In this document: one piece after another, positions 34,467 to 44,059 of the stretch
Layout of the letters: every line of letters begins with the position of its first letter
Numbering within the stretch: position 1 is the stretch's first letter
DNA from: an uncultured Planctomycetaceae bacterium
GTDB lineage: Bacteria > Planctomycetota > Planctomycetia > Isosphaerales > Isosphaeraceae
NCBI GenBank assembly: GCA_963833985.1
Contig: CAWIAD010000002.1
Coordinates: forward strand, 1,664,001 to 1,728,000
Length of the DNA stretch: 64,000 bases
Direction of reading: 5' to 3'
Made by a program: the position numbers and the translations under genes
The notes under the pieces: generated by a model
Databases searched by the model: none
What the model saw: only the letters and a program-made list of their open reading frames with translations
Told to the model about the DNA's origin: nothing

Positions 34467-34952
34467 ATGGCCAAGCGAGTGACCGAGTTGAAGGTCAACG
34501 GACGGACCTGTCCCGTGGACGCCGAAGCTGAGAGAAGCCTGCTCAGCGTGCTGCGTGACGACCTGCAATTGACGGGGTCGAAATACGGCTGTGGCGAGGG
34601 CAAGTGTGGCGCGTGCACGGTGCTCATCGACGGCCTGCCGGCGCACTCCTGCACCACCCGGATGTCGGCCGCCGCCGGCCGGTCGATCACCACCATCGAG
34701 GGCCTGGAGCAGAACGGCCGGCTGCATCCGCTCCAGCAAGCCTTCCTTGACCAGGGCGCGTTCCAGTGTGCCTACTGCACGCCCGGCATGATCATGGCCG
34801 GCGTGGGGCTGCTCTCCAGCCACTCCGATCCCACCGAGCCGGAAATCGTCGAGGCGATGCATGGCAACGTCTGCCGGTGCGGCACGTATCCCCGGATCAT
34901 CGCGGCGATTCGCCAGGCCGCCGGGTTCATGAAGAAGGAGGCCAGCCGATGA
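34467..34952 (+). CDS. (2Fe-2S)-binding small subunit of a Mo-hydroxylase (CoxS/IorA-like)
   Basis: GCGEGKCGACT, QCAYCTPG and NVCRCG motifs. Confidence 0.93.
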   Translation: MAKRVTELKVNGRTCPVDAEAERSLLSVLRDDLQLTGSKYGCGEGKCGACTVLIDGLPAHSCTTRMSAAAGRSITTIEGLEQNGRLHPLQQAFLDQGAFQCAYCTPGMIMAGVGLLSSHSDPTEPEIVEAMHGNVCRCGTYPRIIAAIRQAAGFMKKEASR

Positions 34953-37198
34953 ATCCACGTATTGCACACGATGGAGCCGCCACTCCCGAGGCGGCTGGCA
35001 TCCAGGAGCTGGAACCGGGCCTGGAGCAGGAACTGGCGCTGGAACCGGAGCGTTATGAATTCCGCGAGCCGGGCTGGGACTTCAACCTGGGCCGGCGCGA
35101 TTTTCTGAAGGTCCTCGGCGGCGGCTTGCTGGTGCTCTGCCTGGGCCGGGACGACGAGGCTCAGGAGTCTGGCCGTCCCGGGCGTCGCGGGGGCGGAGGC
35201 CCGCAGCGCGGGGGTGGGGAGGTTCCGCGGCAGATCGACGCCTGGCTCCATATCGGCGAGGACGGCGTCGTGACGGCCGCGACCGGCAAGGTCGAGGTTG
35301 GCCAGAACGCCCGCACCTCGCTGACCCAGGCCGTGGCGGACGAGCTGCGCCTACCGATCGACTCGGTCCGGATGCTCATGGGCGACACCGATCACGTTCC
35401 CTACGACATGGGCACCTTCGGCAGCCGGACCACACCAACGATGGTGCCGCAACTGCGGCGGGCCGCGGCCGCGGCGCGGAGCGTGCTGCTCAAGCTGGCC
35501 GCCGAAACCTGGAACGTGGACCGCTCAGCGCTCGAGCTGGCCGGCGGCAAGGTGGCACATCCGGCAAGCGGACGAAGTGCCGGCTTCGGTGAGCTGACAC
35601 ACGGCCGCAAGCTCGTGGAGACCATCGGTGAAGACGCGGCCGTCATGCCGGCCACGGAGTGGAAGGTCGCCGGGCAGTCGGTGCCGAAGGTCGACGGCCG
35701 CTCGTTCGTGACCGGCCGGCATCGCTACACGACCGACCAGGAGCGGCCGGGGATGCTCCGTGGCAAGGTATTGCGCCCGCCGGCGCTCGGCGCCAGTCTG
35801 GCCAGCATGGACAGCTCGGCCGCCGAGGCGATGCCCGGTGTGAAGGTTGTCCGGGACGGCGATTTCGTCGGCGTGGTGGCTCCCTCCGAGCACGCCGCGG
35901 AGCAAGCCATCAAGGCGCTTCGCCCGGAATGGAAACCGGGCTCGTCCCCCGCCTGCTCGGATCGCGATCTGGCCGTGTTTCTGAAGGCCCATCCCGAAGC
36001 GAGCGGCCAGGGCTACGGCAACCGCTCCGCGAGCCAGAGCGGATCGGTCAAGAGCGAACTGGCGTCCGCGCACGCGAAGGTGGAGGCCAGCTACACGGTC
36101 GCCTACATTGCCCACGCACCGCTGGAGCCCCGCGCCGCGGTGGCCGAGTGGAACGGCGACCACCTGACGGTCTGGACGGGAACCCAGCGCCCGTTCGGCG
36201 CCCGCTCGGAGCTGGCCCAGGCGTTTCACATGCCCGAGGAGCGCATTCGCGTGCTGGTTCCGGACACCGGCAGCGGTTACGGAGGCAAGCACACCAACGA
36301 GGCCGCGGTCGAGGCCGCGCGGTTGGCCCATGCCGCGGGCAAGCCCGTGAAGCTGGTGTGGACGCGCGAGGAGGAATTCACCTGGGCCTACTTCCGCCCC
36401 GCCGGGCTGATCGAGACCGCGGCCGGCATCGACAAGGACGGTAAGCTCGTCGCCTGGGAGTTCCACAATTACAATTCGGGGGGTTCGGGACTGAACAGTC
36501 CCTACAAGGTGCCGAGCCGCCGGGAGGCCTTCCAGGCGACGGCCTCACCCCTCCGGCAAGGCTCGTATCGTGCCCTGGCGGCCACGGCGAACCACTTCGC
36601 CCGCGAGTCCCTCATGGACGAACTGGCCCATGCCGCGGGGCTCGACCCGCTCGAGTTCCGGCTGCGGAACCTCCAGAACGACCGGCTCCGCGCCGTCTTC
36701 GAGGATGCAGCCTCCCGGTTCGGTTGGGGCAAGAATCCGCCGTCTCCGGGGCACGGCTACGGGATTGCGGGAGGTGCCGAGAAGGGGGGCTACATCGCCA
36801 CCTGCGCCGAGGTGGCCGTGGAGAAGAGCTCGGGCGCGGTCCGGGTTGTCCGCGCTGTCTCCGCCTTCGAGTGCGGCGCGATCGTCAACCCCGATCACCT
36901 GCGCAACCAGGTGGAAGGCTGCCTGATCCAGGGCATTGGCCCGGCGCTCTTCGAGGCCATCCGGTTCGAGAGCAACAAGGTTACCAATGCCCGGTTCTCG
37001 CGCTATCCGGTTCCCCGTTTTGGTGACATTCCCCAGATTGACATTGTCCTGCGGAACCGCAAGGACCTGCCGGCGGCCGGCGCGGGTGAGATTCCCATCA
37101 TCGCCATCGCCCCGGCGATTGCCAACGCCATCTTCGCCGCCACCGGCGTCCGCCTGCGGTCCATGCCGCTGGTGCCCGATGGAGTGGTCAAGGCATAA
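34949..37198 (+). CDS. Xanthine dehydrogenase family molybdopterin-binding subunit (IorB-like)
   Basis: RRDFLK Tat motif; GKVEVGQ, GTFGS, HAPLEP, GSGYGGK, SYRA and GAGE motifs. Confidence 0.92.
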   Translation: MNPRIAHDGAATPEAAGIQELEPGLEQELALEPERYEFREPGWDFNLGRRDFLKVLGGGLLVLCLGRDDEAQESGRPGRRGGGGPQRGGGEVPRQIDAWLHIGEDGVVTAATGKVEVGQNARTSLTQAVADELRLPIDSVRMLMGDTDHVPYDMGTFGSRTTPTMVPQLRRAAAAARSVLLKLAAETWNVDRSALELAGGKVAHPASGRSAGFGELTHGRKLVETIGEDAAVMPATEWKVAGQSVPKVDGRSFVTGRHRYTTDQERPGMLRGKVLRPPALGASLASMDSSAAEAMPGVKVVRDGDFVGVVAPSEHAAEQAIKALRPEWKPGSSPACSDRDLAVFLKAHPEASGQGYGNRSASQSGSVKSELASAHAKVEASYTVAYIAHAPLEPRAAVAEWNGDHLTVWTGTQRPFGARSELAQAFHMPEERIRVLVPDTGSGYGGKHTNEAAVEAARLAHAAGKPVKLVWTREEEFTWAYFRPAGLIETAAGIDKDGKLVAWEFHNYNSGGSGLNSPYKVPSRREAFQATASPLRQGSYRALAATANHFARESLMDELAHAAGLDPLEFRLRNLQNDRLRAVFEDAASRFGWGKNPPSPGHGYGIAGGAEKGGYIATCAEVAVEKSSGAVRVVRAVSAFECGAIVNPDHLRNQVEGCLIQGIGPALFEAIRFESNKVTNARFSRYPVPRFGDIPQIDIVLRNRKDLPAAGAGEIPIIAIAPAIANAIFAATGVRLRSMPLVPDGVVKA

Positions 37199-37262
37199 GG
37201 AAATGCCGATCATCGCTGCCCATCGAACAGGGCCGGGACGGCGCATGCAACGACCGTTGACG

Positions 37263-38049
37263 TCACTGCGCCGTCCAGCCTCCATCGACCGCGATGGTCT
37301 GGCCGCGGATCGGATCAGCCGCCGAACTGCATAGAAAGAGGACGAGGTCGCCAATCTGCTCGGGTGTGACGAACGTCCCGGACGGCTGCTTCTCGGCGAG
37401 CAGGGCGATCCGGGCCTGATCAAAGGTCTTCCCCTCGGCCCTGGCGCGGGCCTGAATCTGGGCCTCGACCAGCGGCGTCAGCACCCATCCCGGGGCGATG
37501 GCGTTCACGGTCACGCCCGTGGCTGCCGTCTCCAGCGCGGCGACCTTGGTCAGGCCCACCACCCCGTGCTTCGAGGCAACGTATGCCGCCTTATGAATCG
37601 ATGCAACGAGGCCGTGCACCGAGGCAATATTGATGATGCGGCCCCAGTTCCGTGCGAGCATTCCCGGCAGCACGGCCCGCGTGCAATGAAAGACGGCGGA
37701 GAGATTGAGGGCCAGTAAGTCATCCCAGCGATCCGCGGGGAACTCGGTGATCGGCGCCACGTGCTGGACGCCGGCGTTGTTCACCAGGATGTCCACGGTT
37801 CCCAGGGTTTTCTCGGCTTGCCGGATGAGGTCCTGGATCTCTCCGGGCCGGGTCAGGTCGGCACCATGGAAGCTCACCTCCGTCTTGAATTGCTCGGCAA
37901 GCCGCGCGTGCCCCTTCGATGGCGACGGGATCGCCCAGGCCGTTCAGCATGATACGGCATCCCGCGGACGCCAGCTTCGCGGCGATGCCCAGACCGATGC
38001 CGCTGGTCGAGCCCGTCACCAGAGCGGCTTTCCCGGTCAGGCTGGACAT
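37263..38049 (-). CDS. bdhA: 3-hydroxybutyrate dehydrogenase (SDR); frameshift near 37900
   Basis: TGSTSGIG, NNAGVQHVAP, SVHGLVAS..KAAYVASKHG, PGWVLTPLV and DGGWTAQ motifs. Confidence 0.88.
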
Positions 38050-38092
38050 GGCGGGCAGTCTCCTGTGGCGGCTTTTCCGGTCAGGCTCTGGA

Positions 38093-38752
38093 TCAGTCCA
38101 GCACCATTTCGGGAACACAACCGGGGACAATCAGCGCCGCGGCCGTGGCGGCGCGGACGTCCTCGACCGAGACACCGGGCGCCGTCTCGCGGAGCAACAG
38201 GCCCTCGGGCGTCGGCTCGATGACGGCCAGGTCGGTGACGATGAGGTCCACCGTCCGGAGCGACGTGAGCGGAAGGTCGCACTGCTCGACGATCTTGGAG
38301 TAGCCTTTGGCGGTATGGACCATGGCGACGATGACCTTGCGGGCCCCGGTGACCAGGTCCATGGCCCCGCCCATTCCCGGCACGAGCATTCCGGGGATCA
38401 GCCAGTTGGCAAGCCGCCCCCGGGCATCAACCTGGAGGCCGCCGAGCACGGTGAGGTCGAGATGTCCGCCGCGGATCAGGCCGAACGAAAAGGCGCTGTC
38501 GAAGCTGGCCGCGCCCGGGACGGCGGTGATGAAGCCGCCTCCGGCATCGACGAGGTTCGGGTTTTCCAGGCCCTTTGGCGGTCGCGGGCCCACGCCGGCC
38601 ATTCCGTTCTCCGTGTGGAAGAGCACCCGTCTACCCGGCGGCAGGTAGGCGGTCACCAGGGTGGGCAGGCCGATGCCCAGGTTCACCAGGGCCCCCTGGG
38701 GGATCTCTCTGGCCACGCGGCGAGCGATGATTTCCTTGGCGGGCCGGGTCAT
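38093..38752 (-). CDS. 3-oxoacid CoA-transferase subunit B
   Basis: VNLGIGLPT, TENG and GMGGAMDL motifs. Confidence 0.93.
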   Translation of the reverse strand: MTRPAKEIIARRVAREIPQGALVNLGIGLPTLVTAYLPPGRRVLFHTENGMAGVGPRPPKGLENPNLVDAGGGFITAVPGAASFDSAFSFGLIRGGHLDLTVLGGLQVDARGRLANWLIPGMLVPGMGGAMDLVTGARKVIVAMVHTAKGYSKIVEQCDLPLTSLRTVDLIVTDLAVIEPTPEGLLLRETAPGVSVEDVRAATAAALIVPGCVPEMVLD

Positions 38753-38754
38753 GG

Positions 38755-39402
38755 TCAGTTCTCCAGCAAGAAGTCGACCAGCACGCCGGGCGTGCGTACC
38801 GCGTCCGGCGAAATGGCGCCCGTGGGCACGATCTCGTCGGCCTCGGCAATCACCGTTTGCGCCGCGGTGGCCATGAGTGGGTTGAAGTTCTGGGCCGTGA
38901 ACGCATAGCTGAGGTTGCCGGAGTGATCGGCCTGATGGGCGCGAATCAGGGCAAAGTCGGCCCGGAGCGGCTTCTCGAGCAACCAGGTGACGCCGTCGAT
39001 CTCCAGCGTGGTCTTGCCGCTGGCAACCATGGTTCCCAGCCCGGTCCGGGTGAGCACACCGCCCAGCCCGAACCCGCCGGCCCGGACCCGCTCGGCGAGC
39101 GTCCCCTGCGGCACGAGCTCGACCTCGAGCGCGCCGGCGATCATCTGCCGCTGGGTGTCCGGGTTGGCTCCGATGTGCGAGGTCACCAGGCGCCGGACCC
39201 CGCCGCTCGCAATCAGCTTGCCGACGCTGACGCCGGGAAATCCCGTGTCGTTGGTGATCATCGTGAGGCCCTTGCGACCCGAGACGGCAAGAGCCTGGAT
39301 CAACCGCTGCGGCGTGCCGACGTCAAAGAACCCGCCGATCATCACGGTTGCCCCGTCGGGAATCAGGGCCACGGCGGCATTGAGGGTGATCAGAGTGGTC
39401 AT
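38755..39402 (-). CDS. 3-oxoacid CoA-transferase subunit A
   Basis: IPDGATVMIGGF, PQGTLAERVRAGG and NFNPLMA motifs. Confidence 0.93.
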   Translation of the reverse strand: MTTLITLNAAVALIPDGATVMIGGFFDVGTPQRLIQALAVSGRKGLTMITNDTGFPGVSVGKLIASGGVRRLVTSHIGANPDTQRQMIAGALEVELVPQGTLAERVRAGGFGLGGVLTRTGLGTMVASGKTTLEIDGVTWLLEKPLRADFALIRAHQADHSGNLSYAFTAQNFNPLMATAAQTVIAEADEIVPTGAISPDAVRTPGVLVDFLLEN

Positions 39403-39500
39403 CGAGGCCTCGAAGTCGAGCGCGGATCGCCGTGATGGATGGACCCGAAGCAGCACGGAATCGCACCATTCTACCGGCGATTCGAGCGACGTCGATGGTC

Positions 39501-40451
39501 CTACCCGGCGGGTGCGAATTGCAGAAGGGCCCGAGTCAAACGCTGCCGCAGCTCCTCGGCCTGTTCCGGAGTCCACTCGTGAAAACCACGCCCCGTCTTG
39601 ACTCCGAGGTCGCCAGCGCGAACCTTCGCAGCCAGCAGTTCCGGGATCGGCGCCGCGGAGCGGTCCGGGCCGGTCAGGACCGGGAAGATCTGCTCGGCGA
39701 CGGCCATGATCGTGTCCAGCCCCCCCAGGTCGAACACCTCGAACGGCCCGGCCGCGGCGAGCCTGCGGCCGAAACCCGATTTCACGACCTGGTCGACGGC
39801 CTCCGGGTCCGCGATGCCCTCTGCCACGATCGCCAGCGCCTCGCGAAAGAGTGCGAACTGGAGCCGGTTGCCCACAAATCCCGTGGCTTCCTGCTTGAGC
39901 ACCACAGGCATTTTGCCGATCCGCCGCAGCAGCTCCTCGACCCGCGAGACCGTCTCTTCGGATGTCTCCGGACCCGGCACGATTTCCACCAGGGGGAGCA
40001 GGTATGGCGGGTTGAAGTAATGCGCCACCAGCAGACGGTCCGGGCAGGGAACCGCCTCGGCCAGGCGGCTGGGCATGAAGCTGGAGGTATTGCTGGCGAG
40101 AATCGCGTGGCTTTCGCAGAGCCCGCCGAGCGAGCGCAGCAAGGCGTGCTTTGCGTCGAGGTCCTCGAAGATGGCCTCCACGATCAGGTCGGCTCCGGAG
40201 ACGGTCCACGGCAGGTCCGTGCTCGTGTGGATCGCTGCCACGGCCTGATTGATCCGGGCCGCGTCGCATCTACCCAGTTCCGCCAGCCGGCTCAGATTGG
40301 CGCGGATGCCGCCGAGTGCGCTTTGAAGCCGCTCTTCGCTCAGGTCATGGAGCCGGAGTTCGTGGCCTGCCAGGGCAAACTCCTGGGCGATGCCGTGGCC
40401 CATGAGCCCCGCGCCAATGACGGCGATGCGCTCGATTCGCGATTGACCCAT
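39501..40451 (-). CDS. 3-hydroxyacyl-CoA dehydrogenase
   Basis: GAGLMGHGIA, SNTSS, HYFNPP..LVE and GFVGNRL motifs. Confidence 0.93.
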   Translation of the reverse strand: MGQSRIERIAVIGAGLMGHGIAQEFALAGHELRLHDLSEERLQSALGGIRANLSRLAELGRCDAARINQAVAAIHTSTDLPWTVSGADLIVEAIFEDLDAKHALLRSLGGLCESHAILASNTSSFMPSRLAEAVPCPDRLLVAHYFNPPYLLPLVEIVPGPETSEETVSRVEELLRRIGKMPVVLKQEATGFVGNRLQFALFREALAIVAEGIADPEAVDQVVKSGFGRRLAAAGPFEVFDLGGLDTIMAVAEQIFPVLTGPDRSAAPIPELLAAKVRAGDLGVKTGRGFHEWTPEQAEELRQRLTRALLQFAPAG

Positions 40452-40868
40452 GGGATCAACTCCATCCGACGCTCACGACCCTGGCTCACGCTTGAGCCGC
40501 TCGGCTATTCTACCAGCAGGCAACCCGTTGTCATCGGACGGTGCCCCAGCGGCCCTGGTGCGCTGCCTCGACGGTCCATTCTCTCAGACGGGCTGAACCG
40601 TGATCCCCACGAGTGGCCATGGAGCGCGGAACTGGAGGCACGGTGGAGATGAGGGACGAGAGCGTCGAAGCTGCTGCGGTCCGCGGGAGGCGAGGACCGG
40701 CTCGATCGAGTCCGCTCGGGGACCCTATCAGGGCGTGCCGGGACGTGGTTCCTGGCTTTGTGCTGGGACGAATTCCGACGATGTTGCGTTGAACGCCGGC
40801 GCGCGGGCCTCACGAAGGGCGCGTCTCGGGGGGCCGGAGTTGAGCTGCATTTCAGCGATGCGGCGAAG

Positions 40869-41522
40869 CTATTTCTTGCCGCCAGCCAGGAGCTTCCCTG
40901 TCTTGCGGTCCCAGCGGACGGTTCGCACGGCGAGGTGATGCTCACCGTGGCAGCTAGTGCACTCGATGCTCTTCATGTCTGTGGACTTTGATGATTTCTC
41001 CAGGAAGCGCTGGACCACGGCCCTGGGCTCGACGTCGTGGCCGTCGTGGCAGCGAGCGCATGAGCCATCGATCGAGCCGGCGGCGAACATGCGGTCGGGT
41101 GGGATGACGTTGGCCTCATCGTTCCGATGTGCGATGGACGGGCCGTGGCACGACGTGCAACTGACGGCGTGGCTCGCGTGCGTCGCGGCGAGATTCTCTT
41201 TACGGAAATTGGCATGGCAGACCAGGCAGGCGGTGTTGTCTGCCAGTTTCTGCGCGGAGCCCGGTGGGACGGGCCGGGTGGGGGCGGGGGCATCGAGATG
41301 AAGCGGCCCATCCTCATCGAGCTCGAGCGGAGGCGGTTTCGACGGCTGGCCCGGTGGGGTCGAGACTGGCGCTCCGGTGGCCTTGCTGGTACTGGTACTC
41401 GTGATGGTGGATGGCACCTGCTGGGACCGCACCTGCGCCACGCCCAGCAAGCTCACGGAGCAGAGAAGCGAGGCCGCGCCGGCGACAAACCAGCCGATGC
41501 CTTTACGAGCAGGCGAACACAT
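40869..41522 (-). CDS. Tetraheme c-type cytochrome (c3-like)
   Basis: Four CxxCH motifs (CLVCH, CTSCH, CARCH, CTSCH) after a signal peptide and a Pro/Thr-rich linker. Confidence 0.88.
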   Translation of the reverse strand: MCSPARKGIGWFVAGAASLLCSVSLLGVAQVRSQQVPSTITSTSTSKATGAPVSTPPGQPSKPPPLELDEDGPLHLDAPAPTRPVPPGSAQKLADNTACLVCHANFRKENLAATHASHAVSCTSCHGPSIAHRNDEANVIPPDRMFAAGSIDGSCARCHDGHDVEPRAVVQRFLEKSSKSTDMKSIECTSCHGEHHLAVRTVRWDRKTGKLLAGGKK

Positions 41523-41588
41523 GAAGATCTCTCCGGCGCGGTCCCCACAAGCAAGCCGCGAGTGATAAATGGACGCGGGATGAGTCGA

Positions 41589-42692
41589 TCAAATGATCTC
41601 CCAGTCGCGCAGCCAGTGGTAATCAGCGGGCAAGTCCGCCCACGCGCGGTTCATGGCGGCCTTCAGCTCCGCTTGCTCGGACTCGTCCAGCATGCGCCGC
41701 TCCTTGATCGCGAGCGCCACGTTGTCCACCTGTTTCACGCTGATGAGGCCGGGAATCGGCGCGGTGATTGCGGGGTTGCAGAGCACGTAGCGAATCGCCA
41801 GGCGGGCCAGGCGGTTGTCTTCCTTGAAGGTCGGGCTCGACGGCGAGCTGTCCCCCTTGAACAGGGAGTTGCTGGCGAACGGCTTGATTCCGAACCAGCC
41901 GACGTCGTGTTTCTTGATCGCGGACCAGAGGCCCGACTCGTCGGTCACCACCTTGGTGTCGGCCGTGTAGGGCGTGAGGACCACCTGGATCTGGTCCGGG
42001 TACTTCTCGATCATGGACCTGATATGCGGCCTGTGGTGCGACGAGATGCCGGTGAACCGAGCTCGACCCGTCTTCCGGGCCCAATCAAGCGCGGCCACGG
42101 CTTCCTCGATCTCCGCGGATGTGTGCTGAATGCTCTGTTCGAGCAGCGTGATGCGCCACAGATCAACATGTTCGAGCCCCGCCTGCTTCATCCCCTGATC
42201 GAGCGTCTGCATCAGCCTGGTACGCGATCGCCACAGGGGGAAACGGCTCTCCTGTTCGTACCAGGAGAACCCGAAATGGATCTGGCTGCGCCGGCTCTTG
42301 AGCACCTTTGCATAGGTCATGACTTCCGCGGAACAGCAGGCGTCGATGTAGTTGATGCCGCGATCGATGCAGCGGTTCAACACATCGGCCCGGTTCCGCA
42401 GGAACTCGGAGCTGCCGAGGTCCTGCGACAGCCAGCCGTGGTTGGCGGCGTTGCCGACCATGGTGTCAACCCGCTTCCAGTGGCCGCCCATCGCCACGGC
42501 GGAGACCATCAGCCCGGTCTTGCCCAGCCGCCGGTATTCCATGTCCGGGTTGTAGTTGAGGATCTTGCTGGTGTCCGCATTGCTGGGATCGCCGGCCCGG
42601 ACGATGGATGCGGAGGCCAGTCCCGATGCCAGTGCGACGGCCGCGACCGCGCCTTCCTGAACGAAGTCCCTGCGCGTGAGGTTGTCTGTCAT
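41589..42692 (-). CDS. Tat-exported aldo/keto reductase-fold protein
   Basis: TRRDFV Tat motif; MEYRRLGKTGLMVS, GINYID, GISSH, IKPF and AIRYVL...PIPG motifs. Confidence 0.85.
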   Translation of the reverse strand: MTDNLTRRDFVQEGAVAAVALASGLASASIVRAGDPSNADTSKILNYNPDMEYRRLGKTGLMVSAVAMGGHWKRVDTMVGNAANHGWLSQDLGSSEFLRNRADVLNRCIDRGINYIDACCSAEVMTYAKVLKSRRSQIHFGFSWYEQESRFPLWRSRTRLMQTLDQGMKQAGLEHVDLWRITLLEQSIQHTSAEIEEAVAALDWARKTGRARFTGISSHHRPHIRSMIEKYPDQIQVVLTPYTADTKVVTDESGLWSAIKKHDVGWFGIKPFASNSLFKGDSSPSSPTFKEDNRLARLAIRYVLCNPAITAPIPGLISVKQVDNVALAIKERRMLDESEQAELKAAMNRAWADLPADYHWLRDWEII

Positions 42693-42757
42693 GGGCGGGA
42701 TCCTTTGCAGCGCCGCGATCGCCACCGCGACCGGGTCCTGGTCGCGGAGCGGTCCGG

Positions 42758-42812
42758 AACAAAAGAAAAAGCCCCACGGCGCACGGAGGTTACGTTGTGC
42801 GCGTCGCAGGGC
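42758..42812 (-). terminator. Intrinsic terminator-like hairpin with a U-tract
   Basis: Minus strand reads GCCCTGCGACGCGCAC...GTGCGCCGTGGGGC followed by TTTTTCTTTTGTT. Confidence 0.6.
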
Positions 42813-42907
42813 CGGCGTGACCAGACCGGGCGCACCTGCCATAAGTGCGCCCGCGTCTTTATACAGATTGATTGGACACCAGAACGAGCTCCGTGTCCAG
42901 ACCCCGC

Positions 42908-43880
42908 TCAGTACCCCAGCGTTTTCCGCACGAACTCGCGGCTCAGCTTCAGGCTCTCGCGGAGGGGACGGGTGGGATGAAAGCCAGTTTCGTGGGCCAG
43001 CTCAATCACCGCGATGCCTGAGAACGGCACGTCGTGCAACGCCTTGCCGATGGCCTGGAAGTCGGTGCAGCCTTCGCCCATCGCCTCGGACCACGTGCCG
43101 TCCGCTTTCTGGTCGCGGAGATGCAGGAAGACGATCTCCGAGCCGTGGTCGTGGATGAACTGGACCGGGTCCACGCCGCCCCGGATCAGCCAGTTGAGGT
43201 CGGGACCCAGCTTGACATCAGGTATGCGCGCCAGCGTCCCCTTCAGGTCGTGAAGCTGGTTCTCAACCTCGTAAGTATGGTTATGCAAGTTGAGCACCAC
43301 CCCATGGTCCTTGCACAGCGCCATGAGCGTGCGGAGCAGCTCCGCCTGGGCATCGAGCTGGGCCTCGGTCTTCGGTCTCGGTGCGTGGCCGACCGACGTG
43401 CCCAGCGTCTTGCCGCCGAGCGCTTCCAGACGCGGGATGATGAGCCGGGCGTCGCTCAGAACCGCGGCATGCCGGCTGCGGTCCCACATGGCGCCCTCGA
43501 AGGACATGCCCAGGACCGGAAGTTGATGCTTGTCCTTGAGCGCCTTGATCTGTGCGACCGAGTCCGCTGGCCGCAGCGCCGTGTGCATCAGCTCGATGCC
43601 GTCGATGCCGGCATAGGCGACGTCGGCAAAGATCTGGTCGAGGATCGGGTAAATGTCGTATCGGGGCCGGGTGGCGGCGTAGACCCAGGGGTGTGCGCCC
43701 ACGGTCACCCGCGGCGCGGAGGCTCGCGAGCGCCCGCGCTCCTGGTCTCACGAGACTCGCCGCGACTGCCAGGGCCGACGCTTTCAGGATGCGCCGACGG
43801 GAGAGAGTGCTCGAGAGCAGGGGATCCGCTGCGTTCGCCGTGCTGCGAGTCCGGACGTAGGTTCTGGGATGCCGTTGCAT
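42908..43880 (-). CDS. Tat-exported sugar phosphate isomerase/epimerase (IolE-like); frameshift near 43710
   Basis: SRRRIL Tat leader (ORF 43281..43913, RBS AGGAG); HNH..E, GPDLNW, HLRD and GEG..D motifs in ORF 42908..43708. Confidence 0.82.
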
Positions 43881-44059
43881 GAGGAACTCCTTTCGTGGAG
43901 AGATGGACCTCACGTGGAGGTGATGCCGAGCCCGGCATCCGTTTCAGAATTCCGCCTTCCCGATGATGTCGACCGAGCTTGTGACAAGCCAGGGGTTCAG
44001 ACGTTTCTCTCACTCTTCATTCGCTGGATGAGGACGGTGATGCCGAGGCCAGAAGCTCG

